Source: a virus | IMG/VR virus record: IMGVR_UViG_3300046694_000196 | Location: 62,344 to 126,343 of that record | DNA length: 64,000 nt | Reading direction: 5' to 3' (one strand) | In this document: positions 1 to 9,027 of the stretch, in pieces | Layout of the letters: each line of letters opens with the position of its first letter | Numbering within the stretch: position 1 is the stretch's first letter | The notes under the pieces: generated by a model | The model's database searches: none | Told to the model about the DNA's origin: nothing | What the model saw: only the letters and a program-made list of their open reading frames with translations | Position numbers and translations under genes: made by a program

Positions 1-279
1 CACTTCGAGTCCTGGCAGGTCCTGTCCGCGGGCGCCCGTCGCCCCAACGGGGTCGCGGTTGAGGGAGTGTCGGCGTCGATGGTCCGAGAGGCCTGCGTGG
101 CCGAGGACCTGGGCACGGTCCGGTGGTGCCTGCCTGACAGGCTCGCGCCATTCGCAGAAGAGATCATCGAGAAGGTCAAGGCCGTCCATACCGTAGAGGA
201 GTCCCTCAAGACGGTACAGTCACTCAAGCGGCGCCAGGCCCGAGACGTGGTCCGGAAGGCAGTGTCCCGCCTGAAGTAA
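1..279 (+). CDS. C-terminal part of cytidyltransferase-like (nucleotidyltransferase) protein, truncated by window edge
   Basis: Frame open from base 1: ...VLSAGARRPNGVAVEGVSASMVREA resembles the SAGxR...EGMSASKMR motif of T4-like phage cytidyltransferases. Confidence 0.6.
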   Translation, partial: HFESWQVLSAGARRPNGVAVEGVSASMVREACVAEDLGTVRWCLPDRLAPFAEEIIEKVKAVHTVEESLKTVQSLKRRQARDVVRKAVSRLK

Positions 280-292
280 GCGGCTCCCGAAA

Positions 293-300
293 TATAAATA
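293..300 (+). promoter_or_regulatory. T4-type late promoter TATAAATA
   Basis: Exact TATAAATA 33 nt upstream of the ATG at 334. Confidence 0.8.
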
Positions 301-333
301 GGACGAGAAATTCATCCTATCGGGAGAGCGACC

Positions 334-891
334 ATGCCACTTTGGGGCAATCGAGACCAGTATTCAGACGCGCCGAAGTTCACGACGCAGGTCACCAATG
401 GCCAGACGGGCCAGCAGCAGTACGGTAACACCGTATTCCTCGCGGACAACGTCGAAGTCTCTGTGAACAAGGCCATCGCGGCACCCGGTTGGGTCAGGCG
501 CACGGTAGGCACCGGCGCGGTGGCCTCCATCACCATCACCTCGGGCGGCACACTCTACGCGAACGCTGACACCATCACCGTCTCTGGCGGAGCCACGAAC
601 GCCGCCGCTAACGTCGTGACCAACGGAAACGGCGTCATCACTGCCGTTAACGTGACCAACCCCGGCTCCGGCTTCACTTCTGCGCCGACTATCGCGGTCA
701 CCACCTCGACCGGCTCCAACGCGACCTTCGCCGCAGTCCTCAACGGCCGCGCAGGACGCGTGTCCTGGGAGACCCTGGTGGCTATCTCGGGCCCGATCAC
801 TACAGACGCGGTGTCCTTCTCGAACACTTCTACCGCTAACGTGGCAAACTCCACCGGAACGGCTGACGACTCCGTCCTCCCTGACGCTTAA
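334..891 (+). CDS. Putative virion structural protein
   Basis: MPLWG N-terminus; Thr/Gly/Ala-rich beta repeats (ITITSGGT, VNVTNPGSGFTSAPTI) typical of T4-like structural proteins; late promoter upstream. Confidence 0.6.
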   Translation: MPLWGNRDQYSDAPKFTTQVTNGQTGQQQYGNTVFLADNVEVSVNKAIAAPGWVRRTVGTGAVASITITSGGTLYANADTITVSGGATNAAANVVTNGNGVITAVNVTNPGSGFTSAPTIAVTTSTGSNATFAAVLNGRAGRVSWETLVAISGPITTDAVSFSNTSTANVANSTGTADDSVLPDA

Positions 892-902
892 CGGAGGCAG
901 CC

Positions 903-1175
903 TTGGCTGACGAACCGAACGAGGGCCTCTTCCTGAGCACGAAGAGGCTCAGCTTCATCCTATCGCTCGTCACCATGTCCAGCGTCATCTTCGGGGGCTT
1001 CTCGACGGTGACCGGCTACGTCTACCGAGTCCAGAAGATCGAGAGCGACCTCACGGTGGTCTTCGCGCAGACGTCAAAGATGGTCGACAAGGTCGGGACT
1101 CTCAATGACCAGCTCGTGTCACTGACCATCACGGTCAACAGGATAGAAGAGCGACAGGACATGCGAAACAGATAA
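903..1175 (+). CDS. Small membrane protein (one TM helix plus coiled coil)
   Basis: Hydrophobic LSFILSLVTMSSVIFGG segment then heptad-like region; TTG start. Confidence 0.5.
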   Translation: MADEPNEGLFLSTKRLSFILSLVTMSSVIFGGFSTVTGYVYRVQKIESDLTVVFAQTSKMVDKVGTLNDQLVSLTITVNRIEERQDMRNR

Positions 1176-1567
1176 TGTATGAACGGCTGGACGACTCAAA
1201 CTTCATCCTGTACGCGGCGAGGCACTACGACAACCCCCACTGCTTCGACGACGAGGAGTTCTTTGACGACCTCAAGAGGTTCAAGTACCTCAAGAAGCTG
1301 TTCAAGAAGTACCGGGACTCGGGGGTGCTGCGCGAGCGGCTCATCCTGAACCACGTCATAGTCATCTACAACTTGTTCGGGCCGGAACCCGCCACCCGGA
1401 TGCTCTTCAGCAAGATGGACGGCTACTACCCCGAGCTCAAGGCCTGCCTGCTCTTCCTCAACTACATGCCCCCGAAAGTCTACAACGTCGGCCCCGAGAA
1501 CTCCACTGTCTCGTCGGCCGACGTCGTCGTAGACGGGCGCATGCTGGAATCGCTGAGGTCGATATGA
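1175..1567 (+). CDS. Conserved T4-like phage hypothetical protein
   Basis: YAARHYDNP...EFFDDLKRFKYLKKL...RLILNH motif recalled from the gene found near primase in T4-like phages. Confidence 0.7.
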   Translation: MYERLDDSNFILYAARHYDNPHCFDDEEFFDDLKRFKYLKKLFKKYRDSGVLRERLILNHVIVIYNLFGPEPATRMLFSKMDGYYPELKACLLFLNYMPPKVYNVGPENSTVSSADVVVDGRMLESLRSI

Positions 1568-1722
1568 GCGAGCCAGTCAACGTCACGGGGAACGTATCGG
1601 GCATAGGCTCGCGCGGGGTGGACGACAAGCTGAAGGTACCCAAGTCTGCAGCTGAGAAATACAAGAAGAGGAACCGGCTAGGGTTCCTCGAGTTCGTCCG
1701 TAGAGGCAAGCCCGGCGTCTGA
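1564..1722 (+). CDS. Small basic protein (52 aa)
   Basis: ATGA overlap with upstream stop; MSEPVNVTGNVSGIGSRG...KKRNR; followed by terminator. Confidence 0.5.
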   Translation: MSEPVNVTGNVSGIGSRGVDDKLKVPKSAAEKYKKRNRLGFLEFVRRGKPGV

Positions 1723-1733
1723 CCGGGCTTTTC
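1708..1733 (+). terminator. Rho-independent terminator
   Basis: AAGCCCGG-cgtctga-CCGGGCTT followed by T run. Confidence 0.75.
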
Positions 1734-1770
1734 TGTGCTTACTTTAAGTTAAACGTTGGTAATGTATGCA

Positions 1771-2030
1771 TTCTATGGGTTGACAACTTTTCTAACTTTG
1801 GTATAATAGCAACTGCTGCTTCTCATGATAACCACTGAAATTTCGAAGCTTGCTTCGACTTGAGCTTGCTCAAGGAAACGACTGAACGCGTAGCGATACG
1901 AACCAGTCGTGAACGGGAAGAGAGATGCATGCTCGTCATTTCCGTATCAATGACAAAGTGTGTCCTCCGGACCCGTGCTCTCCCGCCGGTACTCTGACTC
2001 GGTCCCTCCGGGACGGAGCGAGCTCCCGAC
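1771..2030 (+). repeat. Promoter plus multi-stem-loop cassette, copy 1 (PeSL-like)
   Basis: TTGACA(1780)-16-TATAAT(1802); blocks CGAAGCTTGCTTCGACTTGAGCTTGCTCAAG and TTCCGTATCAATGACAAAGTGTGTCCTCCGGACCCG are identical to copy at about 41993-42240. Confidence 0.85.
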
Positions 2031-2037
2031 TTACTGG

Positions 2038-2066
2038 TTGACACTGTGTCGACTAGGTGATACTAT
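2038..2066 (+). promoter_or_regulatory. Sigma70-like promoter for primase
   Basis: TTGACA-17-TACTAT. Confidence 0.65.
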
Positions 2067-2084
2067 AGACCTTTCCAATCACGA

Positions 2085-3116
2085 ATGGCTTTCATGAGCG
2101 ACCTCTACGTCGACCAGAAATACGCGTCCATCATCTCCTCTTCCCTCGAGATGGTCAAGGACAAGTCGGACTCCAAGTTCAAGCTAAACTTTAGGTGTCC
2201 GTTCTGCGGGGACTCCAACAAGTCCAAGTACAAGACCCGCGGGTGGCTGTTCGAGTCAGGAGACCGACTGGCGTACAAGTGCTTCAACTGCGGCGTGTCT
2301 CCCCCGTTCGGCAAGGTGATACAGACCGTGTCTCCCCACCTCTACCGGGAGTACTGCATCGAGCAGTTCCGCCGAGAACCCCCGAAGCGCGCCGTCAAGA
2401 CGACCGAGCATCCCTCACCCTTCGAAGAGAAGGCCGAGTTCACCCTCAGGGGAGTCACGTCGATCCGTGACCTCTCTGACAACCACCCCGCGAAGCAGTA
2501 CGTCCTCGGTCGTAAGATTCCCGAGTTCATCCTGGGAGACGTCTACTACGCCCACGAGTTCTACAAGTGGGTCAATGAGACCCTGGTGCCCGACAAGTTC
2601 CGCGTGAGGCGAGACGAGCCCAGGATAGTGTTCACCCTTCGGAGGCGAGACGGCTCGGTGTTCGGCATACAGGGCCGATCGCTGGACCCGGACTCTACGC
2701 TGCGGTACGTCACCGTGCGCACCGAGGACTCTGACGACCCCAAGATATTCGGCGTGGACCGGTGGGACCCCGACGTCAAGACGTACGTCGTAGAGGGACC
2801 GATCGACTCGCTGTTCCTCCCCAATTGCCTGGCGATGGTGGGCTCGGAGGCCCGACTTGACCGCGTAGTCAACAAGGAGTTGACCACCGTGGTGCTGGAC
2901 AACGAGCGGCGCAACCGCGAGATCGTGGCCGTCATGAATAAATACGTACTCGACGGATGGCAGGTGTGTATCTGGCCAGACGACTTCAAGCACAAGGACC
3001 TCAACGACGCGATCAGAGCGGGGTACAGCCCCGAAGAACTCGAGGGCGTAGTCGCGTCCAACACCTACCGCGGCGCAGCCGCTGCCCTAAAGATGAAGTA
3101 TTGGAACAAGACATGA
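2085..3116 (+). CDS. gp61: DNA primase (T4 gp61-like)
   Basis: Zn finger NFRCPFCGDS...YKCFNCG, TOPRIM VVEGPIDSLFL, DNERRN, KDLND. Confidence 0.95.
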   Translation: MAFMSDLYVDQKYASIISSSLEMVKDKSDSKFKLNFRCPFCGDSNKSKYKTRGWLFESGDRLAYKCFNCGVSPPFGKVIQTVSPHLYREYCIEQFRREPPKRAVKTTEHPSPFEEKAEFTLRGVTSIRDLSDNHPAKQYVLGRKIPEFILGDVYYAHEFYKWVNETLVPDKFRVRRDEPRIVFTLRRRDGSVFGIQGRSLDPDSTLRYVTVRTEDSDDPKIFGVDRWDPDVKTYVVEGPIDSLFLPNCLAMVGSEARLDRVVNKELTTVVLDNERRNREIVAVMNKYVLDGWQVCIWPDDFKHKDLNDAIRAGYSPEELEGVVASNTYRGAAAALKMKYWNKT

Positions 3117-3337
3117 AGATGTACGTCACGCGCGTCGAGATAGTCGACGGGCAGCTCTCTATAGTTTTCCCTCCCGGCTTCCTAGACAAGCTGGACCTGA
3201 AGCACGACCAGTTCCTGCTCTGGGAAATTTCCGACGAACAAATTTTAATCAAGAAAAAAATTCAAACAGGAAGCAAGCATGACGCAAAACTCGACCGTCT
3301 CGACGACGAAACTACTGTCCGAGGCGAAGTTCTTTGA
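3113..3337 (+). CDS. AbrB/MazE-like small DNA-binding protein
   Basis: GQLSIVFPPGFLDKLDLKHDQFLLWEISDEQILIKK fits swapped-hairpin pattern. Confidence 0.55.
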   Translation: MKMYVTRVEIVDGQLSIVFPPGFLDKLDLKHDQFLLWEISDEQILIKKKIQTGSKHDAKLDRLDDETTVRGEVL

Positions 3338-5501
3338 GGCCTACTCGAGGTGGGACGACGGTCTAGGGAGGTACGAGACCTGGTCAGAGGCTGTAGGACG
3401 CGTCATGACCATGCACAGGAAGAGGTACGCGCGACAGCTCCGTGAGAGCGACGAGCTCGGTGAGGCGTTCGCGTCTGCCCAGAGCGCCTACGAAGACAAG
3501 CTCGTCCTCGGGGCGCAGAGGGCGCTGCAGTTCGGGGGAGAACAGATCCTCAAGAACAACATGAAGATGTACAACTGCACCAGCACGTACGCGGACCGCC
3601 CCAGGGCCTTCGGAGAGATCTTCTGGGCACTGCTGTCGGGCTCCGGCGTCGGGTTCAGCGTCCAGAAACAGCACGTCGACAAGCTGCCCGACGTGGCAGA
3701 GCGAAAGAAGCAGCCCAAGATATTCGTCATCGCAGACTCTATCGAGGGCTGGGCCGACTCACTGGCCGTGCTCATGTCCTCGTTCTTCGTCGGCGGTGGT
3801 ACGCACCCCGAGTACGAGGGCAGGAGGGTGTTCTTCGACACCACGAAGATCCGTGACAAGAACGCGTTCATCTCGGGGGGCTTCAAGGCGCCCGGCCCCG
3901 AACCGCTCAGGAGGGCGCTGGACAAGATCGAGCACCTCCTGCAGGGGCTCGTGCTCCGCGGAGTCAAGAGGCTCGAGCCCATTCACGTCTACGACGTCAT
4001 CATGCATGCCTCTGACGCGGTGCTCTCAGGCGGCGTCAGACGCTCGGCCACCCTCTGCATGTTCTCCCTGGGAGACGAGGCGATGATGTCCGCCAAGACC
4101 GGTAACTGGTTCGCGGACAACCCCCAGCGCGCTCGCTCAAACAACTCCGTAGTCCTCATTCGAGACCGGATCACGCGTGAGCAGTTCGCGGACGTCATGC
4201 AGAAGACCCGCGAGTTCGGAGAGCCGGGTTTCCTCTTCACCGAGAAAGAAGACTTCGCGTACAACCCGTGCGTCGAGGTGTCTATGCTCCCGTTCGACTT
4301 CACTACCGGCGAGTCGGGGTTTCAGGGCTGCAACCTCACTGAGATCAACGGCGGGAAGATGACCTCGAGGCAGACGTTCCTCGCCGCGTGCGAGGCCGCA
4401 GCGGTGCTCGGTACTATCCAGGCCGGGTACACTGACTTCCCCTACATGACTCCCGTTACCAAGGCCATCTTCGAGCGAGAGGCCCTCCTGGGAGTCTCTA
4501 TCACGGGCTGGATGAACAACCCCGAAGTGCTGTTCGACGAGGAGCTCCTCCGAGAGGGTGCCGAGCTCATCAAGAAGGTGAACCGGAGAGTGGCCGCGCT
4601 GCTCAACATCAACCCCGCCGCGCGCAGCACCGTCGTGAAGCCGTCTGGCACTGCCTCTATCATCCTCGAGACCGAGTCGGGCATACACGGCGGGCATTCC
4701 GCCAGGTCGTTCCGCAACGCCCAGATGAACAAGGAGTCCGAGGTAGTCCAGCTCATCCGTGCACAGAACCCCTACATGGTAGAGGAGTCCGTCTGGTCAG
4801 CCAACGGCACTGACTACGTGGTGTCCTTCCCGGTCACCGCTCCCCGAGGCACCGTCTTCAAGCGAGACTTGCTGGGAGTGAAGCTGCTCGAGAAGATACG
4901 CCTGGTACAGAACTCCTGGATCGAGGCCGGCACTGACGTCGACCTGTGCGTAGACCGCGGCCTGAGGCACAACGTGTCGAACACCGTCGACGTGCCCGCC
5001 GACAAGTGGGGCGAGGTCGAGGAGTACCTCTTCGAGAACAGGTCGTCCTTCGCGGGCGTGTCCCTCCTTCCCGCTACCGGTGACAAGGACTTCGCCCAGG
5101 CGCCGTTCACCTCGGTGCTCTCTGAGCAAGAGATACTCGACGCGTACGGCACCGCGTCTTTCTTCGCTTCGGGGCTCATCGTAGACGCGGCGAAGGTGTT
5201 CTCTAACCTGTGGCGTGCGATCGACGTCGTGAAGGACTCATCGCGGCAGACACAGGAGCGGCTCGACGTGCAGACCGACTGGATACGACGCTTCAAGAAG
5301 TTCGCAACTAACTACTTCGAGGGTGACGAGAAGAAGGCCGCGTACTGCCTCAAGGACGTAGAGCTCCTGCACAAGTGGGAGAAGATACAGTCGAACTTCA
5401 AGGACGTCGACTTTGTGAGTAACCTGTCAGCCAAGAAGTTCACTTCGGTAGACACCATGGCAGGCGCGGCCTGCTCGGGCGGAAGCTGCGAGTTGTTCTG
5501 A
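3279..5501 (+). CDS. nrdJ: Ribonucleotide reductase, monomeric class II (RTPR/NrdJ-like)
   Basis: YNC, SGSGVGFSV, GGVRRSA, SNNSV, GEPGF, NPCVE, CNLTEIN, KPSGT and C-terminal ACSGGSCEL; no beta subunit adjacent. Confidence 0.8.
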   Translation: MTQNSTVSTTKLLSEAKFFEAYSRWDDGLGRYETWSEAVGRVMTMHRKRYARQLRESDELGEAFASAQSAYEDKLVLGAQRALQFGGEQILKNNMKMYNCTSTYADRPRAFGEIFWALLSGSGVGFSVQKQHVDKLPDVAERKKQPKIFVIADSIEGWADSLAVLMSSFFVGGGTHPEYEGRRVFFDTTKIRDKNAFISGGFKAPGPEPLRRALDKIEHLLQGLVLRGVKRLEPIHVYDVIMHASDAVLSGGVRRSATLCMFSLGDEAMMSAKTGNWFADNPQRARSNNSVVLIRDRITREQFADVMQKTREFGEPGFLFTEKEDFAYNPCVEVSMLPFDFTTGESGFQGCNLTEINGGKMTSRQTFLAACEAAAVLGTIQAGYTDFPYMTPVTKAIFEREALLGVSITGWMNNPEVLFDEELLREGAELIKKVNRRVAALLNINPAARSTVVKPSGTASIILETESGIHGGHSARSFRNAQMNKESEVVQLIRAQNPYMVEESVWSANGTDYVVSFPVTAPRGTVFKRDLLGVKLLEKIRLVQNSWIEAGTDVDLCVDRGLRHNVSNTVDVPADKWGEVEEYLFENRSSFAGVSLLPATGDKDFAQAPFTSVLSEQEILDAYGTASFFASGLIVDAAKVFSNLWRAIDVVKDSSRQTQERLDVQTDWIRRFKKFATNYFEGDEKKAAYCLKDVELLHKWEKIQSNFKDVDFVSNLSAKKFTSVDTMAGAACSGGSCELF

Positions 5502-5502
5502 G

Positions 5503-5835
5503 TTGCTGCGTGAGATAACCCTGGCGGCCGTGATAGCCGCCTCCCCGCACAAGGCGTCAGCTGAGTGCGGGGTCGCTTCCTGGTACGACCTCGGAGGGAG
5601 GACCGCGTCGGGAGAGAAGATGAACGGGAAGAGACGGACCGCCGCGCACCGGACGATCAAGTTCGGCACGGTCCTGAGGGTGACCAACCCGGCTAACGGG
5701 AAAGTTACCGAAGTAATAGTGAACGACCGGGGACCTTTCACCCGCGGGCGCGTGTTAGACCTGTCACGTGCCGCCGCGAACGACCTGGGAGTAGTCTCGA
5801 AGGGACACGCGAGGGTGTGCTTCTCCCGGCGATAA
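5503..5835 (+). CDS. rlpA: RlpA-like double-psi beta-barrel lytic transglycosylase
   Basis: GVASWY...TASGE...TAAHRT...GTVLRVTN...VIVNDRGPF...LDLSRAAA; N-terminal signal-like segment. Confidence 0.9.
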   Translation: MLREITLAAVIAASPHKASAECGVASWYDLGGRTASGEKMNGKRRTAAHRTIKFGTVLRVTNPANGKVTEVIVNDRGPFTRGRVLDLSRAAANDLGVVSKGHARVCFSRR

Positions 5836-5842
5836 ATATCGC

Positions 5843-6277
5843 ATGGGTGAATGGACATACCGGGGCAGCACTTTCACGGCCGACGACGTCGGCGCGCACA
5901 AGGCGTTCGTGTACGTCATAACCAACCTCACGGACGGCCGCCGCTACGTCGGCAAGAAGCTCCTGTGGACCCGCAAAGTCAAGACAGTCAACAAGAAGAA
6001 GAAAAAAATCCTCGTCCAGTCTGACTGGCCTTCTTACCACGGGTCTTCTGAAGAGCTGAAGAGGGACGTGGAGCTCCTCGGGGAAGACAGCTTCTCTCGC
6101 GAGATACTCCACCTCTGTGCAGCGCCGGGCGAGGCGTCCTACCTAGAGATGAAGGAGCAGATACTCCGCGACGTGCTCCTCCGCAAGGACTACTACAACC
6201 TGTTCGTCGGCGGGAAGATACACGCGAACCACGTCAAGAACTTGTGGGTGACAGATGACAGACCGCCTGCACGTTGA
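5843..6277 (+). CDS. Short GIY-YIG family nuclease (T4-like conserved)
   Basis: AFVYVITNLTDGRRYVGKK...SDWPSYHGSS...FSREIL. Confidence 0.8.
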   Translation: MGEWTYRGSTFTADDVGAHKAFVYVITNLTDGRRYVGKKLLWTRKVKTVNKKKKKILVQSDWPSYHGSSEELKRDVELLGEDSFSREILHLCAAPGEASYLEMKEQILRDVLLRKDYYNLFVGGKIHANHVKNLWVTDDRPPAR

Positions 6278-6485
6278 GATAACTAACGACGACGTCCCGT
6301 ACGTGGTGGGCGAGTGCTCCGCGTGTCACCGCGGAGAGAACACCCTCATAGTCTACCACCAGATGCTCCACCCGAACGTCCGCGAGCGCAAGTCACGGAA
6401 CAACATCGTCTTCATGCAGTGCGTCGCGTGCGGTTCCAAGTTCAAGTCGACCACAAAGGACTTGATCGGAGACGGAAAACTCTAG
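6255..6485 (+). CDS. Small Zn-ribbon protein
   Basis: CSAC...CVAC pairs. Confidence 0.55.
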   Translation: MTDRLHVEITNDDVPYVVGECSACHRGENTLIVYHQMLHPNVRERKSRNNIVFMQCVACGSKFKSTTKDLIGDGKL

Positions 6486-6514
6486 TTTACATTCTCGTGA
6501 GAATGAGTTATACT
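6486..6514 (+). promoter_or_regulatory. Sigma70-like early promoter with palindromic spacer
   Basis: TTTACA-17-TATACT; ATTCTC-GT-GAGAAT palindrome at 6491-6504. Confidence 0.7.
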
Positions 6515-6544
6515 GTACTTCAATCCCTACAACATGGAGGCGAC

Positions 6545-6808
6545 ATGGCCAAGAAGAAGAGCAGACCCTCGTACACGTCCAGGGGCACCGGCAAGAGCGT
6601 GTCGAACGCGCGTGCAGCCGGCGGCCGCTCCCTCACCTCTCCCATCGACCGGATGCTCGACAAGCGCGAGGCCTGGGCCAAGGGTCAGAACCCCAACCTG
6701 GTCATGGCCAACCCGAACCCCAACGAGACCAACCGGCCCTTCATCAAGCTGAAGGCCAACGCCGTCTGGGGCGACCCGCGGAAAGTGCGAGGCTACGAGA
6801 ACCGATGA
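6545..6808 (+). CDS. Conserved T4-like hypothetical basic protein
   Basis: GGAGG RBS; KREAWAKG...NPNPNETNRPFIK...WGDP motif. Confidence 0.65.
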   Translation: MAKKKSRPSYTSRGTGKSVSNARAAGGRSLTSPIDRMLDKREAWAKGQNPNLVMANPNPNETNRPFIKLKANAVWGDPRKVRGYENR

Positions 6809-7053
6809 TCCAAGTATACGGCCGCCGCGACCCGCCCTGTGCTTTCTGTGACAGGGCGAAGGCCCTGCTGGAGAGCAGAGGTTTGGACTACGCTTTCTTA
6901 TCTATGCCCGAAGACCTCAGCCTCATAGAGTTCCAGGCGAGGTTTCCGGGTCGGAAGACCATCCCACAGATAGTAGTGAACGGCCGGCTCCTGGAAGACG
7001 GCTACGCGTCACTCGTCGAAGAACTAGACGGAGGCTTCGGCCATGATTTCTAA
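6805..7053 (+). CDS. nrdC: Glutaredoxin
   Basis: CAFC active site, TIPQIVVNG. Confidence 0.9.
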   Translation: MIQVYGRRDPPCAFCDRAKALLESRGLDYAFLSMPEDLSLIEFQARFPGRKTIPQIVVNGRLLEDGYASLVEELDGGFGHDF

Positions 7054-7393
7054 CGAGAAGACGCTCGACATGATGTCTAAGGGCATCGTCTACATCGAGT
7101 ACGAGAAGATGGACGGCACGCTGCGGAAGGCCCACGCGACCCTGCAGCCGGCGATGATCCCTGCCCGACACGCCCCGTCAGACGAGGCCGTCGACTCCGT
7201 GAACGTCAAGAAGTACACCCGCTACTACGACCTGGACGTCGGTGACTGGCGCGCGTTCATCAACGACAACCTCAAGAGCGTCGAGTGGTCAGGAAAGACC
7301 TTCGTGGTCGCCCGTCCCGAGTTGCTCGACCGAGAAGCGACTGAGTGGGAAGTACCCGACGACATCGTCCTGGTGGAAGGCCCGGCCTTCTGA
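7043..7393 (+). CDS. SH3/WYL-like fold protein (DUF2693-like)
   Basis: IEYEKMDGTLRKAHATL...YYDLDVGDWRAF. Confidence 0.6.
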   Translation: MISNEKTLDMMSKGIVYIEYEKMDGTLRKAHATLQPAMIPARHAPSDEAVDSVNVKKYTRYYDLDVGDWRAFINDNLKSVEWSGKTFVVARPELLDREATEWEVPDDIVLVEGPAF

Positions 7394-7623
7394 TGTGGAC
7401 TAAGAAGAGCAAGGGCAACGCCAAGGTCTACACTCACCCCGGAATAGACCACGCAATCGTAGTCAACCACAACGGCATCTCCTGGAACGGCAACGTGTTT
7501 CCTACGTTAGACGCAGCCAAGGCGTGGGCGACGAACTACACTGAGATCGTCGACTCCCTGGTTGACGTCATCCGCAGAGAAGAAGACCTGAGGGTCTTGG
7601 AGGCGTTGAAGAATTGCTCGTAG
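7393..7623 (+). CDS. Hypothetical protein
   Basis: TGATG coupling to upstream gene; operon context. Confidence 0.5.
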   Translation: MWTKKSKGNAKVYTHPGIDHAIVVNHNGISWNGNVFPTLDAAKAWATNYTEIVDSLVDVIRREEDLRVLEALKNCS

Positions 7624-7832
7624 TCTACGGTGACAGCCGCGGCTGCTTCACATGTGCAGTCCTCAAGACCCTCCTGAAGTCCTCTAAGATAGACTACCGC
7701 TTCTACGAGCTCGACGAAGACTACACTCTGGGAGAGCTCTCCGAACTCTACCCCTCTTTCTCGGCCGTGCCGTTCATACTTAGAGACGGAGTCGAGGTCC
7801 CCCTCCGTGAACTGGAAGAAATGCTGCTATGA
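7614..7832 (+). CDS. Second glutaredoxin-like protein
   Basis: CFTC motif, AVPFIL cis-Pro motif. Confidence 0.7.
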   Translation: MLVVYGDSRGCFTCAVLKTLLKSSKIDYRFYELDEDYTLGELSELYPSFSAVPFILRDGVEVPLRELEEMLL

Positions 7833-8077
7833 TCAAAGTCAAGTCAACGTATGCTCCCGAGAACCTGCAGTACCTGCTCTCTAGGTGCAACATATATCCT
7901 CCGATCAAAGTAGCCGCCGCAGCGACGGGCGAAGGCGGCGTCACGACGTATGCGCTGGCCTCGGACTGGCTACCGTTCGACCTAGACAGCTATTACGAGC
8001 TGATCTTCACGACGTGGACCGTGTACGAAAACAGCCCGTCCTACACGACGTGGACCATCCGGAAGGTGACAGAATGA
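7829..8077 (+). CDS. Hypothetical protein
   Basis: ATGA overlaps at both ends. Confidence 0.5.
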   Translation: MIKVKSTYAPENLQYLLSRCNIYPPIKVAAAATGEGGVTTYALASDWLPFDLDSYYELIFTTWTVYENSPSYTTWTIRKVTE

Positions 8078-9027
8078 CGCAGATCCTTCGAGGCGAGTTG
8101 AAGTACAACGAGCTTACGTCGAACGCCCGTGGCGGCACAGAGCTCATGGCGCGCCGCATGGTGGACACGATCCCCCAGGAGCTGCTGAAGGGGTTCCAGA
8201 TCGTCCACTCGCGCGTCCGAGACCTCGACCCCTCCCTCAAGAAGGTGCTCGTGCTCCACGACCTGCCGAACGACCCCGAGTCCGACAGGCTAGCAGACCC
8301 GGCCTTCCGTGCGCAGTTCGACAAGATCGTGTGCGTCTCTGACTGGCAGCTCCAGATGTACAACGCCTACAAGGGTCTCCCGTACTCGGAAGCGGTCGTC
8401 ATCAACAACGCGATAGTCCCCATTGACGACTGTCACGACAAGTCGACCGATGAGATCAACCTCATATACCACACGACGCCCCACCGGGGACTGGCACTGC
8501 TGGTCCCCGTGTTCGAGGCCCTCGCGAGGGTGCACGACGACGTCCGCCTGCACGTGTACTCGTCCTTCGAGGTCTACGGCTGGGGAGAACGCGACAAGCC
8601 CTACGAGCCGCTGTTCCACGCCTGCAAGAACCACCCCAAGATCGAGTACTACGGCGCGAGGCCCAACGACGAGGTCCGCGCCGCGCTGGCCAAGACAGAC
8701 GTCTTCGCCTACCCCTGCATCTGGCCCGAGACGTCTTGCCTGGCCGCCATCGAGGCCTTCAGTGCCCGCAACGTGGTGGTGACCCCCAACTACGCGGGCC
8801 TGACTGACACCTGCGCCCGCTGGGCCGACTCCTACGCATGGACTGAAGACGCGCAGGTGCACGCCAACGTCTTCTACAACAAGCTGAACCACGTCGTCAA
8901 CCGCGTCCGCGCCGACAGGTCTGCGGCTGACCAGTACCTGGACTCTGCCAAGGCCTACTTCGACACGTTCTACAACATCGACAACGTCAAGCACCAGTGG
9001 ATCGACCTCCTGTCCTCGATAAAGTGA
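8074..9027 (+). CDS. Glycosyltransferase (GT-B, group 1/GT4-like)
   Basis: GGTELM N-terminus, YHTTPHRGL, FAYPCIWPETSCLAAIEA (EX7E motif). Confidence 0.85.
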   Translation: MTQILRGELKYNELTSNARGGTELMARRMVDTIPQELLKGFQIVHSRVRDLDPSLKKVLVLHDLPNDPESDRLADPAFRAQFDKIVCVSDWQLQMYNAYKGLPYSEAVVINNAIVPIDDCHDKSTDEINLIYHTTPHRGLALLVPVFEALARVHDDVRLHVYSSFEVYGWGERDKPYEPLFHACKNHPKIEYYGARPNDEVRAALAKTDVFAYPCIWPETSCLAAIEAFSARNVVVTPNYAGLTDTCARWADSYAWTEDAQVHANVFYNKLNHVVNRVRADRSAADQYLDSAKAYFDTFYNIDNVKHQWIDLLSSIK

